A stretch of DNA of 64,000 bases, taken from positions 1 through 64,000 of IMG/VR virus record IMGVR_UViG_3300045988_148533; one strand, written 5' to 3'. Shown here one piece after another: positions 28,362 to 36,861 of the stretch. The stretch comes from a virus. The number at the start of each line of letters is the position of its first letter. Positions within the stretch are counted from its first letter, which is position 1. A program made the position numbers and the translations under genes. Below the pieces are notes generated by a model. That model had not been told where the DNA came from, did not search any database, and was given only the letters and a program-made list of their open reading frames with translations.

Positions 28362-30130
28362 TTCACACTAAGCTGTTTTTCAATATATTCAAGAGCCTTT
28401 CCAAGTATAGGGTTTCCATTTGACTTATCCAGAATATCATTCACTTCCTGCATAAGCTCCTCAGAAGCCTGCCCATCCTTGTCGAACAGACCCCCTTCCT
28501 CATCGCCACCGCCACCCTCTGCGGCCTCCTGAGCATCAACAAAGCCGTTCATCTGGTCTCCACCCATCATCCTGTTGGACTGAGCCTGCTGGTAGACACT
28601 GTTCAGAATTGTATCCTTCTCAGGGTCGAGCTTTCGACCGCTGTACTTTTCAAACATATCCTCAAGAGAAACAACGCCTGCTTCAAGTTTCTGCTTGTCA
28701 AGAGACACCTGTGCAGCCTCATCCTCTATCTCAATGCCCGTAAAGACGAATTCAAACCTGTCATCTATCTCACTGACAATATACTTGTTTATGATATTCT
28801 GATAGAATACAAGCAGTGGCACAAGACCCTTCTGCTTCGAATGGTCAAGACGCTCCCTCTGGCCGTCCTGCCCGAATACACGTGAAGCATCCTGAAACTG
28901 AAAGCCCAGCTCAGAGGGGTCTATCCTGTAAACGGCACAGGTTATAACCAATAGGAACTTGACCCACTCGTTGAACTCCATGTCTCGATTGGTCTGCTGC
29001 AAATCTATCCATTCGAGGTCAATACCCTGAATTACAGGTATCTTATGGGAATTATAGACAGTACTCATAGTCTGCTTCCAGTCCTGCCTAAATTCATTCA
29101 AAGTGGACTGGTCAATATTGGCATTCTTGACATTTATGAAGCCCTTTGGCTGTGAACCCTGCCTAAAGAAATTACCATTGTACTGCATACCCCACAGAAT
29201 CCACGTAACTATCTCTATAAGGGTCTCAAGCTCACTGCATCCATAACCGTTACGAAACACATTCGTCGTCTTATTACGAACGCCAAAACCGAGCTCCCAT
29301 GGATAGAAGATAACATACTCATCACTTACAGGATGACGAAGTATCTGACCGTCATATACCATTGCATACCGAGGATAGTAGCCGTGATACAGGTAGGGGT
29401 CAAACATGGAAGCGTACCGTGGGTCATTGGTATCCAGTATTCTGACAAGGGACGCATCCACGGCACGATACTTCTTGACATCAAGACTGCGGCTGCGCAC
29501 AACCTCAAACGTCAATTGGTCAAGCACAAGAGAATCTCTTATCACTTTACGGGTAAACTCCTGAAAGTTATCCTCCGTTTCCCACTTGTCATTCTCACCG
29601 CCATTCTCCAGAAAGTTAGCAATCATCTCGACCTTTTTCATATCTTCCTTGGACACTTCCCTGTCATCTCCGGTTAGAGTCTTTTTATACCGAATCTGAT
29701 ATCCGGGTTTCTGGTCATCACTGCTGTACTTTATGAAGTTCTGTACCTGTTCTATACGAGTATTTATTATCGCCTTAATAATGAAAATATCCCCCATGCG
29801 ATTCAACGTGCTGAACGGCACTCCTCCCATGGGGTCTTTATATCCACGACCTGTAAAGCCAATCTCAGAAGGATTCCATAGAATTGACTTAATGTCAGGC
29901 TGTACTGCCTTTCTACTGCGGTTACGCTCTGTTATGAAAGCCTGAGCCTTGATAACGTCATTGAAGGACTCCGAAGTAAGAGCCTTCTGCAATTTATTCT
30001 GGAGGAAAATAGGAGCAGCCTCGGAGAGTACTTCCAGTTCCTCCAGCGACATACCCTGTAAATGCTCCAGAGGGGAGACTGGATTTGCCTCCCCTTTGGT
30101 ATGCTGCATGGAATATTTCCTCCTTGACAT
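28358..30130 (-). CDS. portal protein candidate
   Basis: 590 aa. Upstream of the MuF-like gene, protease, scaffold and capsid genes. Acidic Gly-rich C-terminus. Based on synteny and size. Confidence 0.6.
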   Translation of the reverse strand: MSRRKYSMQHTKGEANPVSPLEHLQGMSLEELEVLSEAAPIFLQNKLQKALTSESFNDVIKAQAFITERNRSRKAVQPDIKSILWNPSEIGFTGRGYKDPMGGVPFSTLNRMGDIFIIKAIINTRIEQVQNFIKYSSDDQKPGYQIRYKKTLTGDDREVSKEDMKKVEMIANFLENGGENDKWETEDNFQEFTRKVIRDSLVLDQLTFEVVRSRSLDVKKYRAVDASLVRILDTNDPRYASMFDPYLYHGYYPRYAMVYDGQILRHPVSDEYVIFYPWELGFGVRNKTTNVFRNGYGCSELETLIEIVTWILWGMQYNGNFFRQGSQPKGFINVKNANIDQSTLNEFRQDWKQTMSTVYNSHKIPVIQGIDLEWIDLQQTNRDMEFNEWVKFLLVITCAVYRIDPSELGFQFQDASRVFGQDGQRERLDHSKQKGLVPLLVFYQNIINKYIVSEIDDRFEFVFTGIEIEDEAAQVSLDKQKLEAGVVSLEDMFEKYSGRKLDPEKDTILNSVYQQAQSNRMMGGDQMNGFVDAQEAAEGGGGDEEGGLFDKDGQASEELMQEVNDILDKSNGNPILGKALEYIEKQLSVK

Positions 30131-30135
30131 ATTGC

Positions 30136-30858
30136 TTAGATAGTGTTAGGTGTAACAAAGCAGCGAGCCTCGTAGACTTTACCGCTGTATGTAATTCTTG
30201 CTGTGAACCATGTCACAAGCTCCGGACGAAGAACGCCGAGGTCATTCTTAATCTCGAACATCACCCACTCCTTAGCTGTAATGGTGAGTGTCTTCTTGTC
30301 TGCGCTGACAGTTCCAGCATTGGCGGATGTACCACCGAATTCCAGCTGCCTGTCATTGGCAAAAATCTGAAGCTCCATAGCACCGCCTGACGCCTTACCC
30401 TCAGCATCGTCACCGTCACCCTCAGCAGCATCATTCTCAATCTTCTGGAACGATACCACCAGCCACGGCAGACTTGACTTAGAGTCCTCATAGCTGTATG
30501 TCTCAGTGTAGTCAGCGGCTACCTCTGAATAGTAGGTTTTCTCGTCGTAGGCAATGCCTACCTTGAGGCCCTTGAGAACACCCTCAAGAACAGGGTCTCC
30601 CTTAGTGAAGTCAGCCGACTCGTCAACAATGACATTCTCACCGTCATAGCAGTCAACCTTGCAGGCACACTTCTTTGCAGTGTTCAACATAATAGAGGAA
30701 GACACAGTGTCACCCATCTTGAAGTCAAACCCTGCCTCAACAAGAGACCTGTAATCCTTTCCAAGGACACCTGTTACTATGAAATTTTCAATGGTTCCAA
30801 GGCCGTCCGTCTCGACGGTTACTGTCTCGGCTCCCTTTGTAAAAACATACTTTTTCAT
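30136..30858 (-). CDS. hypothetical protein (240 aa)
   Basis: ORF track. Has its own -7 box upstream. Confidence 0.65.
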   Translation of the reverse strand: MKKYVFTKGAETVTVETDGLGTIENFIVTGVLGKDYRSLVEAGFDFKMGDTVSSSIMLNTAKKCACKVDCYDGENVIVDESADFTKGDPVLEGVLKGLKVGIAYDEKTYYSEVAADYTETYSYEDSKSSLPWLVVSFQKIENDAAEGDGDDAEGKASGGAMELQIFANDRQLEFGGTSANAGTVSADKKTLTITAKEWVMFEIKNDLGVLRPELVTWFTARITYSGKVYEARCFVTPNTI

Positions 30859-30881
30859 TTCTCTAACATTTAAATTTAAAG

Positions 30882-30889
30882 CAAATTTA
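30882..30889 (-). promoter_or_regulatory. -7 box TAAATTTG
   Basis: Minus strand, 23 nt upstream of ATG 30858. Confidence 0.5.
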
Positions 30890-30916
30890 GCTCATTGCGC
30901 ATAACGGGCCAAACCA

Positions 30917-31168
30917 TCACTCATTGTCATCATACTCGGCCTTGCCGAGCAGCATAAGGGCCATATTACTGTCAACTTCCTCAACCTCCTCTCCTTTCAC
31001 AAGAAACACCATAGGAATACCCACGTACAGGGGCTGTTCCTCAGTGCCCCCCTCCGGAACGGCCATATACACCTCATGACCGTCAAAGTCAGGGATAATC
31101 ATTTCCACGCTTACCCCCTCCAGCTTGAATTTCTCCTTTATTCTTGCCTCAGTGTTCATATCTGTCAA
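30917..31168 (-). CDS. small acidic hypothetical protein (83 aa)
   Basis: ORF track. 4-nt overlap with the upstream gene. Confidence 0.6.
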   Translation of the reverse strand: MTDMNTEARIKEKFKLEGVSVEMIIPDFDGHEVYMAVPEGGTEEQPLYVGIPMVFLVKGEEVEEVDSNMALMLLGKAEYDDNE

Positions 31169-32727
31169 TGTTTTATGGGTAAAATAGGATTCTCCTTGAT
31201 TATGTCCGGATTTAATTCAAGATTATCCACTCTTACAATGCGAAATACCCTTGCGTCAATCCTGCCAGCATACTCCTCAATATCAACATATCTACCGCAC
31301 TGTGGGTCAAAGAATGTCAATATACCGCCATTCCTCTCAGCCATTATCACGTGACCGCAATTACCCTTGCGCCAACGCACACTGAGAAAATACCTGCCTT
31401 CAGCACGTGTGTTGTACATCAAATTTTCCTTGTATGTATTCCACATGGCTCTATTGAACTTGCTGCGCCCTATATCTCCTGACAGTACAGGGGTGCTTTC
31501 CATGGGAATGGGTCTGTCGCTGGAATTCTTCTGAAAATAAAAGGCATTTGACGGCATCAGTGAAAGCCTGTATGTAACTGACTTTTTATCAGATAAATAG
31601 GGTGCAGCCTCAACATCATATCCTCTGCGTCGCATCTCATAGGCCAGCACGCACACCTGACAGTTGTTCATGTACTTGAATTCTCCCGTTTTGTAATTAG
31701 GATTGGCACGCATCTCATCGGCCTGTTCATGGGACATGGGCTCACCTTTCCTGATACCCAGAATCTTTTCTATTTCACCGTCAGAAGATTTTCCCTTTTC
31801 CTCAATGATATCTTTCAATTGCAGTATCCGGTACAGATTCATCGCGCGAACAGCCTTGGCGGTACTGTCAAAGTTCTCATTGAACTTATTCACGAGATTC
31901 TCATAGACTGTCTTAGCGAACTTAATGTCGCCCTTACGCATGGATTCCATCTCGTCGTCCACGGCACGCCTGTTCTTGTCGCTGAGATACTTCTTGAGGT
32001 TCACCTTGGAAGACATCGGACACTCCTCCAGACGTACCTTGGTGTATTTCTCACCGGAACGCTTCATTTCCTCATCGGCTTCCTTGGAAGCCTTTGCGGC
32101 CTCTTCCTTCTTCTCGCGTTCCCTTTCGGCACGCATTCTTTCGGCCATCTCGTTCTTAATAGAATTCAGCAGTGCCACTTCGCGACAGCCCTGCTGTAAT
32201 TCCTCAATGGAATCACTGTCCTTGGCAATTCTAATATTCTCCCTGGGGATTTCCATTAGCTCTAACAATACCTTGTCAGGCGTCTTCCTCAAGGCACCCA
32301 GAACAACAGCACCCTTCTCATTGTAGAGATTCAGAATCTGAGTGGCCGTACCCCTGCCAGCCAGCACGTCCTCATCAGAAGACTGCTTCTGCCTTTCCCT
32401 TATTTTCCTATTTTCAGCATAAATGCTTTCCACAAAGGCACGAGCCTTATCCCAGTCAACTCCGGCTTCTCTTACAGCACTTTCGGTAAAGGCACTGACG
32501 TCAGGCTTTTCACCCTTACTTCTCTTTACAAGATGCTTCAGTTCAGGAAAGCGTGCTATTACCGCCTCCACAGGGTCAATTAGCCCATCATCCTTAACGA
32601 ACTTGCTGGAGTCAAAGGGCTGTTTCTGTTGACTTTCTTTATCCACACTGGGTCGGCCATATTCCTGACCGACCCTGTGTAGCCGCCTGTTTTCTGAATT
32701 ATCCTTATACCTACCGTGTGATGCCAT
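31165..32727 (-). CDS. 520-aa protein: N-terminal NRRLHRVGQEYG motif, coiled-coil middle, C-terminal papain-fold Cys/His domain (glutamine-deamidase-like toxin fold)
   Basis: C-terminal 160 aa: NNCQVCVLAYEMRRRGYDVEAAP...GNCGHVIMAERNGGILTFFDPQ, with Cys, His and Asp/Gln in papain-fold order. Confidence 0.5.
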   Translation of the reverse strand: MASHGRYKDNSENRRLHRVGQEYGRPSVDKESQQKQPFDSSKFVKDDGLIDPVEAVIARFPELKHLVKRSKGEKPDVSAFTESAVREAGVDWDKARAFVESIYAENRKIRERQKQSSDEDVLAGRGTATQILNLYNEKGAVVLGALRKTPDKVLLELMEIPRENIRIAKDSDSIEELQQGCREVALLNSIKNEMAERMRAEREREKKEEAAKASKEADEEMKRSGEKYTKVRLEECPMSSKVNLKKYLSDKNRRAVDDEMESMRKGDIKFAKTVYENLVNKFNENFDSTAKAVRAMNLYRILQLKDIIEEKGKSSDGEIEKILGIRKGEPMSHEQADEMRANPNYKTGEFKYMNNCQVCVLAYEMRRRGYDVEAAPYLSDKKSVTYRLSLMPSNAFYFQKNSSDRPIPMESTPVLSGDIGRSKFNRAMWNTYKENLMYNTRAEGRYFLSVRWRKGNCGHVIMAERNGGILTFFDPQCGRYVDIEEYAGRIDARVFRIVRVDNLELNPDIIKENPILPIKH

Positions 32728-32728
32728 A

Positions 32729-33613
32729 TCAGCCGATAATTTTATTTATCCTTTCCTTAAATTCCTCTCTCTTTGCAGGGTCAACTTCCTTATACAGCTT
32801 CGAAAGCAAGTCTATGGACTCATCAATTTTCCTAATTTCCTCATCACTTGCCACACCATCACTCTGCTTCCCAGGATAGGGAATGTCATCTTCAGGTTCA
32901 ACACCCACTTCCTCAAGACAGCTGTCAATAATATCCTTAGGGAGCTTGAGAGCTATCTCAAATTTCTTCGCCATAGCCTCATCCTCATCCATCTCACTGA
33001 GCTTTTCCAGTGCCTCAGTGCCGAAGTTGTCCTCAATGGCTATATCCCATGCCCCCTCATCATCCACAGTACGCATGGAATCCCATATTTTCTGCTTCTC
33101 TTCAGAAGAAAAACTATTTTCACCCCTCTTTTTCTCACCACCTTCCTCATCCGTACCACCTTTCTTTCCACCGTATTCCTGTCCAACACGATGCTTTCTA
33201 CGATTTTCAGCATTGTCAACATAACGACCCTTGACAATGTCAATTAGGGACTTGGCAAGCTCATCAGAGGGTTCATAAGGCTTGCCGACACGATTCAGCT
33301 TCCTATTTTCAGGAGTGTCAGCATACGTGCCTTTCAAGGACTTCATGATGGAACCGTCCTCAGCTCTGTCAAAATTCACCTGTGACTTGCGGAAGTAGCG
33401 TACCACCTCACTGCCTGCCTCATCAATGCAGACGGCCTTCTGTAGAAAGGCTATATCGGTTGCAAACTCGTTCTTTTCTGCCTGACTGAGTTCGTTTTTT
33501 ATTGACTTCTGAAGACCCTCCCTGTAATAGGAAGCTATTTCCTCAGCAGTAAATACCTCATAGCCGTTATCAGCGGCTGTTTTTTCAAATGTTGATAGTA
33601 AAATCTTCTTCAT
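32729..33613 (-). CDS. 294-aa acidic protein with two copies of the ENR+L.RVG..Y motif
   Basis: TPENRKLNRVGKPYEP and DNAENRRKHRVGQEYGG. First gene after the origin-proximal promoter. Confidence 0.65.
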   Translation of the reverse strand: MKKILLSTFEKTAADNGYEVFTAEEIASYYREGLQKSIKNELSQAEKNEFATDIAFLQKAVCIDEAGSEVVRYFRKSQVNFDRAEDGSIMKSLKGTYADTPENRKLNRVGKPYEPSDELAKSLIDIVKGRYVDNAENRRKHRVGQEYGGKKGGTDEEGGEKKRGENSFSSEEKQKIWDSMRTVDDEGAWDIAIEDNFGTEALEKLSEMDEDEAMAKKFEIALKLPKDIIDSCLEEVGVEPEDDIPYPGKQSDGVASDEEIRKIDESIDLLSKLYKEVDPAKREEFKERINKIIG

Positions 33614-33632
33614 GATAAAATTGCATTTTGAG

Positions 33633-33640
33633 CAAAAGTA
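33633..33640 (-). promoter_or_regulatory. -7 box TACTTTTG
   Basis: Minus strand, 20 nt upstream of ATG 33613. Confidence 0.5.
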
Positions 33641-33971
33641 GTCCCTAAATAGGACTTATCCAAATTTGGATTTAACATAGGGAGCCAAAGGCTGCACCGA
33701 AGTGCAGCCACGCTCCAAACACTAACTTTGATGATAGAATTTTGAAAGAACTTATATCTGAAAATCAATAACGACATATTAACGCACATTAGGAAGCCTC
33801 ATCACTCCTAACAGGTAAAGGTCTCGTCAGAGACATCTCTATGGGCGAAGTCCACCGCCTAAGTCGGTGGCGAAGCCCCCTCTGAACCCGAGCGTTAGCG
33901 AGGATGGGTAATCTGGTTTACAGCGAGTTATGTTGTAACTGATTGTTTTACAGGCAGTTTTGTTTTCGGGA

Positions 33972-34025
33972 CTCTATTTATACTTCTATTTAACCTCTAT
34001 TTATACTTCTATTTAACCTCTATTA
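33972..34025. repeat. AT-rich direct repeats (23-nt unit, 2.3 copies; TCTATTTA sub-repeat, 5 copies)
   Basis: CTCTATTTATACTTCTATTTAAC at 33972..33994 and 33995..34017, plus a partial third copy. TCTATTTA recurs roughly every 11-12 nt. Confidence 0.85.
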
Positions 34026-34068
34026 TGCGCGTGCGCGCGAGGCAAACTGCTGTAATACGACGCTGCTA

Positions 34069-34100
34069 AAATATTTGCCCCCTTAAGGGGGCAAATATTT
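34069..34100. repeat. perfect 32-bp palindrome
   Basis: AAATATTTGCCCCCTT|AAGGGGGCAAATATTT. Confidence 0.9.
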
Positions 34101-34148
34101 CCATATTGTGTAGTTATGCAAATTTTATTGCACGACAAAAAAACCATT

Positions 34149-34229
34149 ACCGAGGGTGAAAAACCACACTACCGAGGGTGAAAAACCACACTACCGAGGG
34201 TGAAAAACCACACTACCGAGGGTGAAAGG
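34149..34229. repeat. iterons: 22-bp direct repeat, 3.7 copies
   Basis: ACCGAGGGTGAAAAACCACACT at 34149, 34171 and 34193, with a partial copy at 34215. The array ends about 70 nt upstream of the rep start. Confidence 0.85.
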
Positions 34230-34266
34230 TTAAAAATTAACATTTGTGTATTTAAATATTTTTATT

Positions 34267-34274
34267 TTACTTTG
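34267..34274 (+). promoter_or_regulatory. near-consensus -7 box (TTACTTTG) for rep
   Basis: 22 nt upstream of ATG 34297. One deviation from TAnnTTTG. Confidence 0.35.
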
Positions 34275-34296
34275 CAAAAATTTAAATATTATCATC

Positions 34297-35046
34297 ATGA
34301 ATAATAAGGAAAAGAAGGTGGCTGTTGCCACTAAAGAATCAATTGGTGACATTGTTGATTACACTGTAAGGCAGAAGCGGTGCTGGGCCTTAATCGTAAG
34401 AGAGGTGAATAAATTTCTACCTAAGAATTTCTGGGAAATATGGCAGGAAGGGGACTTGGAAACAATTGAAAAGCTGCTACCGCTGAATAAATTTCATGAA
34501 TTTGAAATGGAAATAAAAGCCTCAGAAATATCCACAAGAAGTTCTATTGTTCCGACACTCGAAAAGCTACATAATACCGTTGTAAAGATTAGAGACAGAA
34601 AAGACTTGGAAGTCTTTAGCATTATTCATTCCTATGGCGTTGTAAACAACAGGTATTATATTCGCATAACTCCTCGTGTCATCATGTGGATTATAGGTGT
34701 AAGTAGGAGAAGACTTTTCACAGCCTTTCATTTGGAATCCTTTCTAAGGCTTTCCACAACATCCGCCATGAATCTATACCTGTATATAAGCGCAAACTAC
34801 AATAAAACTGAAGCTTCTCAGAAGGGAACATGGTCGGATACACTGGAAAATGTAAAAAAAGAAATGGGTATCACAAAAGATATAGATAATTACCGTTTTA
34901 TAAATGACTATCTCAAGCCTGCTGCTGCCGAATTAATCCTAAAGAATACCCACCTGAAAGTCAGGTATGAAGCACAAAAGGAAGAAGTTCCTGCCATGAA
35001 TAGACGTAAGGCATGGGACAGGATATTATTTATGATTGAAAAATAG
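34297..35046 (+). CDS. iteron-type replication initiator (Rep_3/RepB-like winged-helix)
   Basis: Start placed at MNNKEKK, because the ORF-track start at 34246 lies inside the promoter. The C-terminal half FLRLSTTSAMNLYLYISANYNK...TWSDTLENVKKEMGITKDIDNYRFINDYLKPAAAELILKNTHLKVRYEAQKE follows the Rep_3 pattern. Iterons lie directly upstream. Confidence 0.55.
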   Translation: MNNKEKKVAVATKESIGDIVDYTVRQKRCWALIVREVNKFLPKNFWEIWQEGDLETIEKLLPLNKFHEFEMEIKASEISTRSSIVPTLEKLHNTVVKIRDRKDLEVFSIIHSYGVVNNRYYIRITPRVIMWIIGVSRRRLFTAFHLESFLRLSTTSAMNLYLYISANYNKTEASQKGTWSDTLENVKKEMGITKDIDNYRFINDYLKPAAAELILKNTHLKVRYEAQKEEVPAMNRRKAWDRILFMIEK

Positions 35047-35083
35047 GTTCACCGAATGCGTTAATTAACAAAAGAAAAATTAC

Positions 35084-35614
35084 ATGGGACTATACCGAAC
35101 ACAGTCATCAGCGGTTGAGAGCTCGTCACAGGAGCTGTGGGCACTTCGTCAGCGAGTGTCCATGCTCGAGAAGGAACTGCGTGACCGTGACGCTGAGCTG
35201 AATGCGCGCTGTGAGCATGAAAGAGAGCTCATGAACAGGATACACTCTCTGGAGGATGAGCTTGCTGAGCTCCAGCCTAAGAATAAGGTGGGAACACCTA
35301 AGAAATACGTTCAGGAGGCCGTGTCCACGGCTGACCTCCTGTATCCTAAGCTGGACTTCGGCTCTGGAGACCCTGTGGTGGACGCTGACTGGGAGGACTT
35401 CATGACGGTGCAGATTAGGGACTATGTCGAGCCGAACACCATTCTGAACATCATACTGTACCGAGACGTCACCGACAGAGTGTGGCGTGACCTCGGAGAC
35501 AGCTTCAACATCTGCATCCCATACCCTCTAACCAGAAGCAGACTGAAAAACATCGGTATAATAAGTTACAGTCCTACCACTGAGCAGGACTTAAATAATT
35601 TCGAGGATAACTAA
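35084..35614 (+). CDS. hypothetical coiled-coil protein (176 aa)
   Basis: ORF track. Contains LRQRVSMLEKELRDRDAELNARCEHERELMNRIHSLEDELAEL. Confidence 0.6.
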   Translation: MGLYRTQSSAVESSSQELWALRQRVSMLEKELRDRDAELNARCEHERELMNRIHSLEDELAELQPKNKVGTPKKYVQEAVSTADLLYPKLDFGSGDPVVDADWEDFMTVQIRDYVEPNTILNIILYRDVTDRVWRDLGDSFNICIPYPLTRSRLKNIGIISYSPTTEQDLNNFEDN

Positions 35615-35631
35615 TAAAAACAGTAAGATTC

Positions 35632-35895
35632 ATGAAAATGTCAATCAAATGGCTTGTGTACTGCCTCATCGGGCTGTGCATAGCAGCGTTCTTCGGTATT
35701 GCACTGAGAATGCAGTTCACCGTCATGGCTCCAATCGCTATTGCAGCCATCATTGTTCTTGGAATAGAACACATGAGAAACGTCACTCCTAAGCCGACTT
35801 TCAAGTCAGCGTTCCTCAATGGAGCACTGCCTGTGCTGTTGGGCGGTCTGTACATTCAGCTGTGTCTAATTCTTGAGATATGGTGGAACGTGTGA
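35632..35895 (+). CDS. small membrane protein with three predicted TM segments (holin-like)
   Basis: 87 aa. Hydrophobic stretches WLVYCLIGLCIAAFFGIAL, VMAPIAIAAIIVLGI and ALPVLLGGLYIQLCLILEIWW. Confidence 0.45.
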   Translation: MKMSIKWLVYCLIGLCIAAFFGIALRMQFTVMAPIAIAAIIVLGIEHMRNVTPKPTFKSAFLNGALPVLLGGLYIQLCLILEIWWNV

Positions 35896-36206
35896 GACTT
35901 CTGCTGTGCGTCATAATAGCGTCAATAACGCTGTATGTCGCTGGATGTGGTACAGTGCCTCGGGTGCTGTACCACAGTTCCACCACGACGACCCCTGTGA
36001 CCGTTATTGACAGCCTGAACAGCATACACGGCACTCACTTCAACGAGTGGTGGAGGGGCTGGGACAGTCAGAGCTTCATAGCGAATGACTCCACCCTTGT
36101 CACTTCCTATGTGGCCACTGAACGTCATGCCGATACGCTGTACGTCATTACTGTCGTGCATACCTTCAATGATACACTTGTAACAGTTCGCTTTAGAAGA
36201 GAATAA
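35880..36206 (+). CDS. small lipoprotein (108 aa)
   Basis: Signal peptide plus lipobox: LLLCVIIASITLYVAGC. Confidence 0.55.
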   Translation: MVERVRLLLCVIIASITLYVAGCGTVPRVLYHSSTTTTPVTVIDSLNSIHGTHFNEWWRGWDSQSFIANDSTLVTSYVATERHADTLYVITVVHTFNDTLVTVRFRRE

Positions 36207-36211
36207 CAGCC

Positions 36212-36805
36212 ATGCTTTCAACCGGATATATAAATACACCCAAGGAAATATATGAACGTCAGTCCATCCTCGAACCTACGGACAGTGCGCTGCCTGAAAG
36301 GTATCTACTCAAGAATCTGCTGCCTGTACAGAATCAGGGAAATCTGCCTGCCTGTGTGGGATATGTCATCAACGAAATGTATCAATACAGGCTTCAACTG
36401 GACGGTCTAAGTGATGCAGCACGTATAACACCGGAATACATCTATCGCAGCCGTTCCAATAGAGAGGTGGACGGTATGAATCCAGTGGATGGATTTACAA
36501 TTCTAAGGGAATCCATTTCAGATTCATTCAAACTGCATTGGGCACGACTGTCCACGGCTGCAATAAAAGAAGCCGTGATGGGGTTAGGCCCTGTGATGCT
36601 GTGCATGGCCTGTCACAGTTACAGTAAAGAATTCTGGAAAGGGGGTGGTCTTCTCGGAGGTCATGCCGTGTCCATTGTCGGGTGGAATGGCGGTAGATTC
36701 ATCCTTAAGAACTCATGGGGCACGGAATGGGCCGACGGTGGGTACACCGAGATTCTTCTTCCTGAGATTAACTCCTATGGACAGGAAATGTGGGTTCTCA
36801 TATAA
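36212..36805 (+). CDS. papain-family (C1A) cysteine peptidase, minimal 197-aa form
   Basis: QGNLPACVGYV (oxyanion Gln plus catalytic Cys with papain spacing), GGHAVSIVGWN (His), LKNSWGTEWADGGY (the Asn-Ser-Trp block of papain). Confidence 0.85.
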   Translation: MLSTGYINTPKEIYERQSILEPTDSALPERYLLKNLLPVQNQGNLPACVGYVINEMYQYRLQLDGLSDAARITPEYIYRSRSNREVDGMNPVDGFTILRESISDSFKLHWARLSTAAIKEAVMGLGPVMLCMACHSYSKEFWKGGGLLGGHAVSIVGWNGGRFILKNSWGTEWADGGYTEILLPEINSYGQEMWVLI

Positions 36806-36861
36806 AAATTCAGGAGGGGTGAAGCACACCCCTCCATTCCTATAAAATCATGTCGTGTGCA

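Noticed and set aside
34027-34041. Alternating CG tract (GCGCGTGCGCGCG) as a distinct element
   Set aside because: It is real in the sequence but too short to interpret alone. It is kept only as part of the origin description.
34149-34229. Possible CRISPR mini-array
   Set aside because: The 22-bp repeats are directly abutting with no spacers, and they sit immediately upstream of a Rep-like gene. They are iterons. No cas genes are present.
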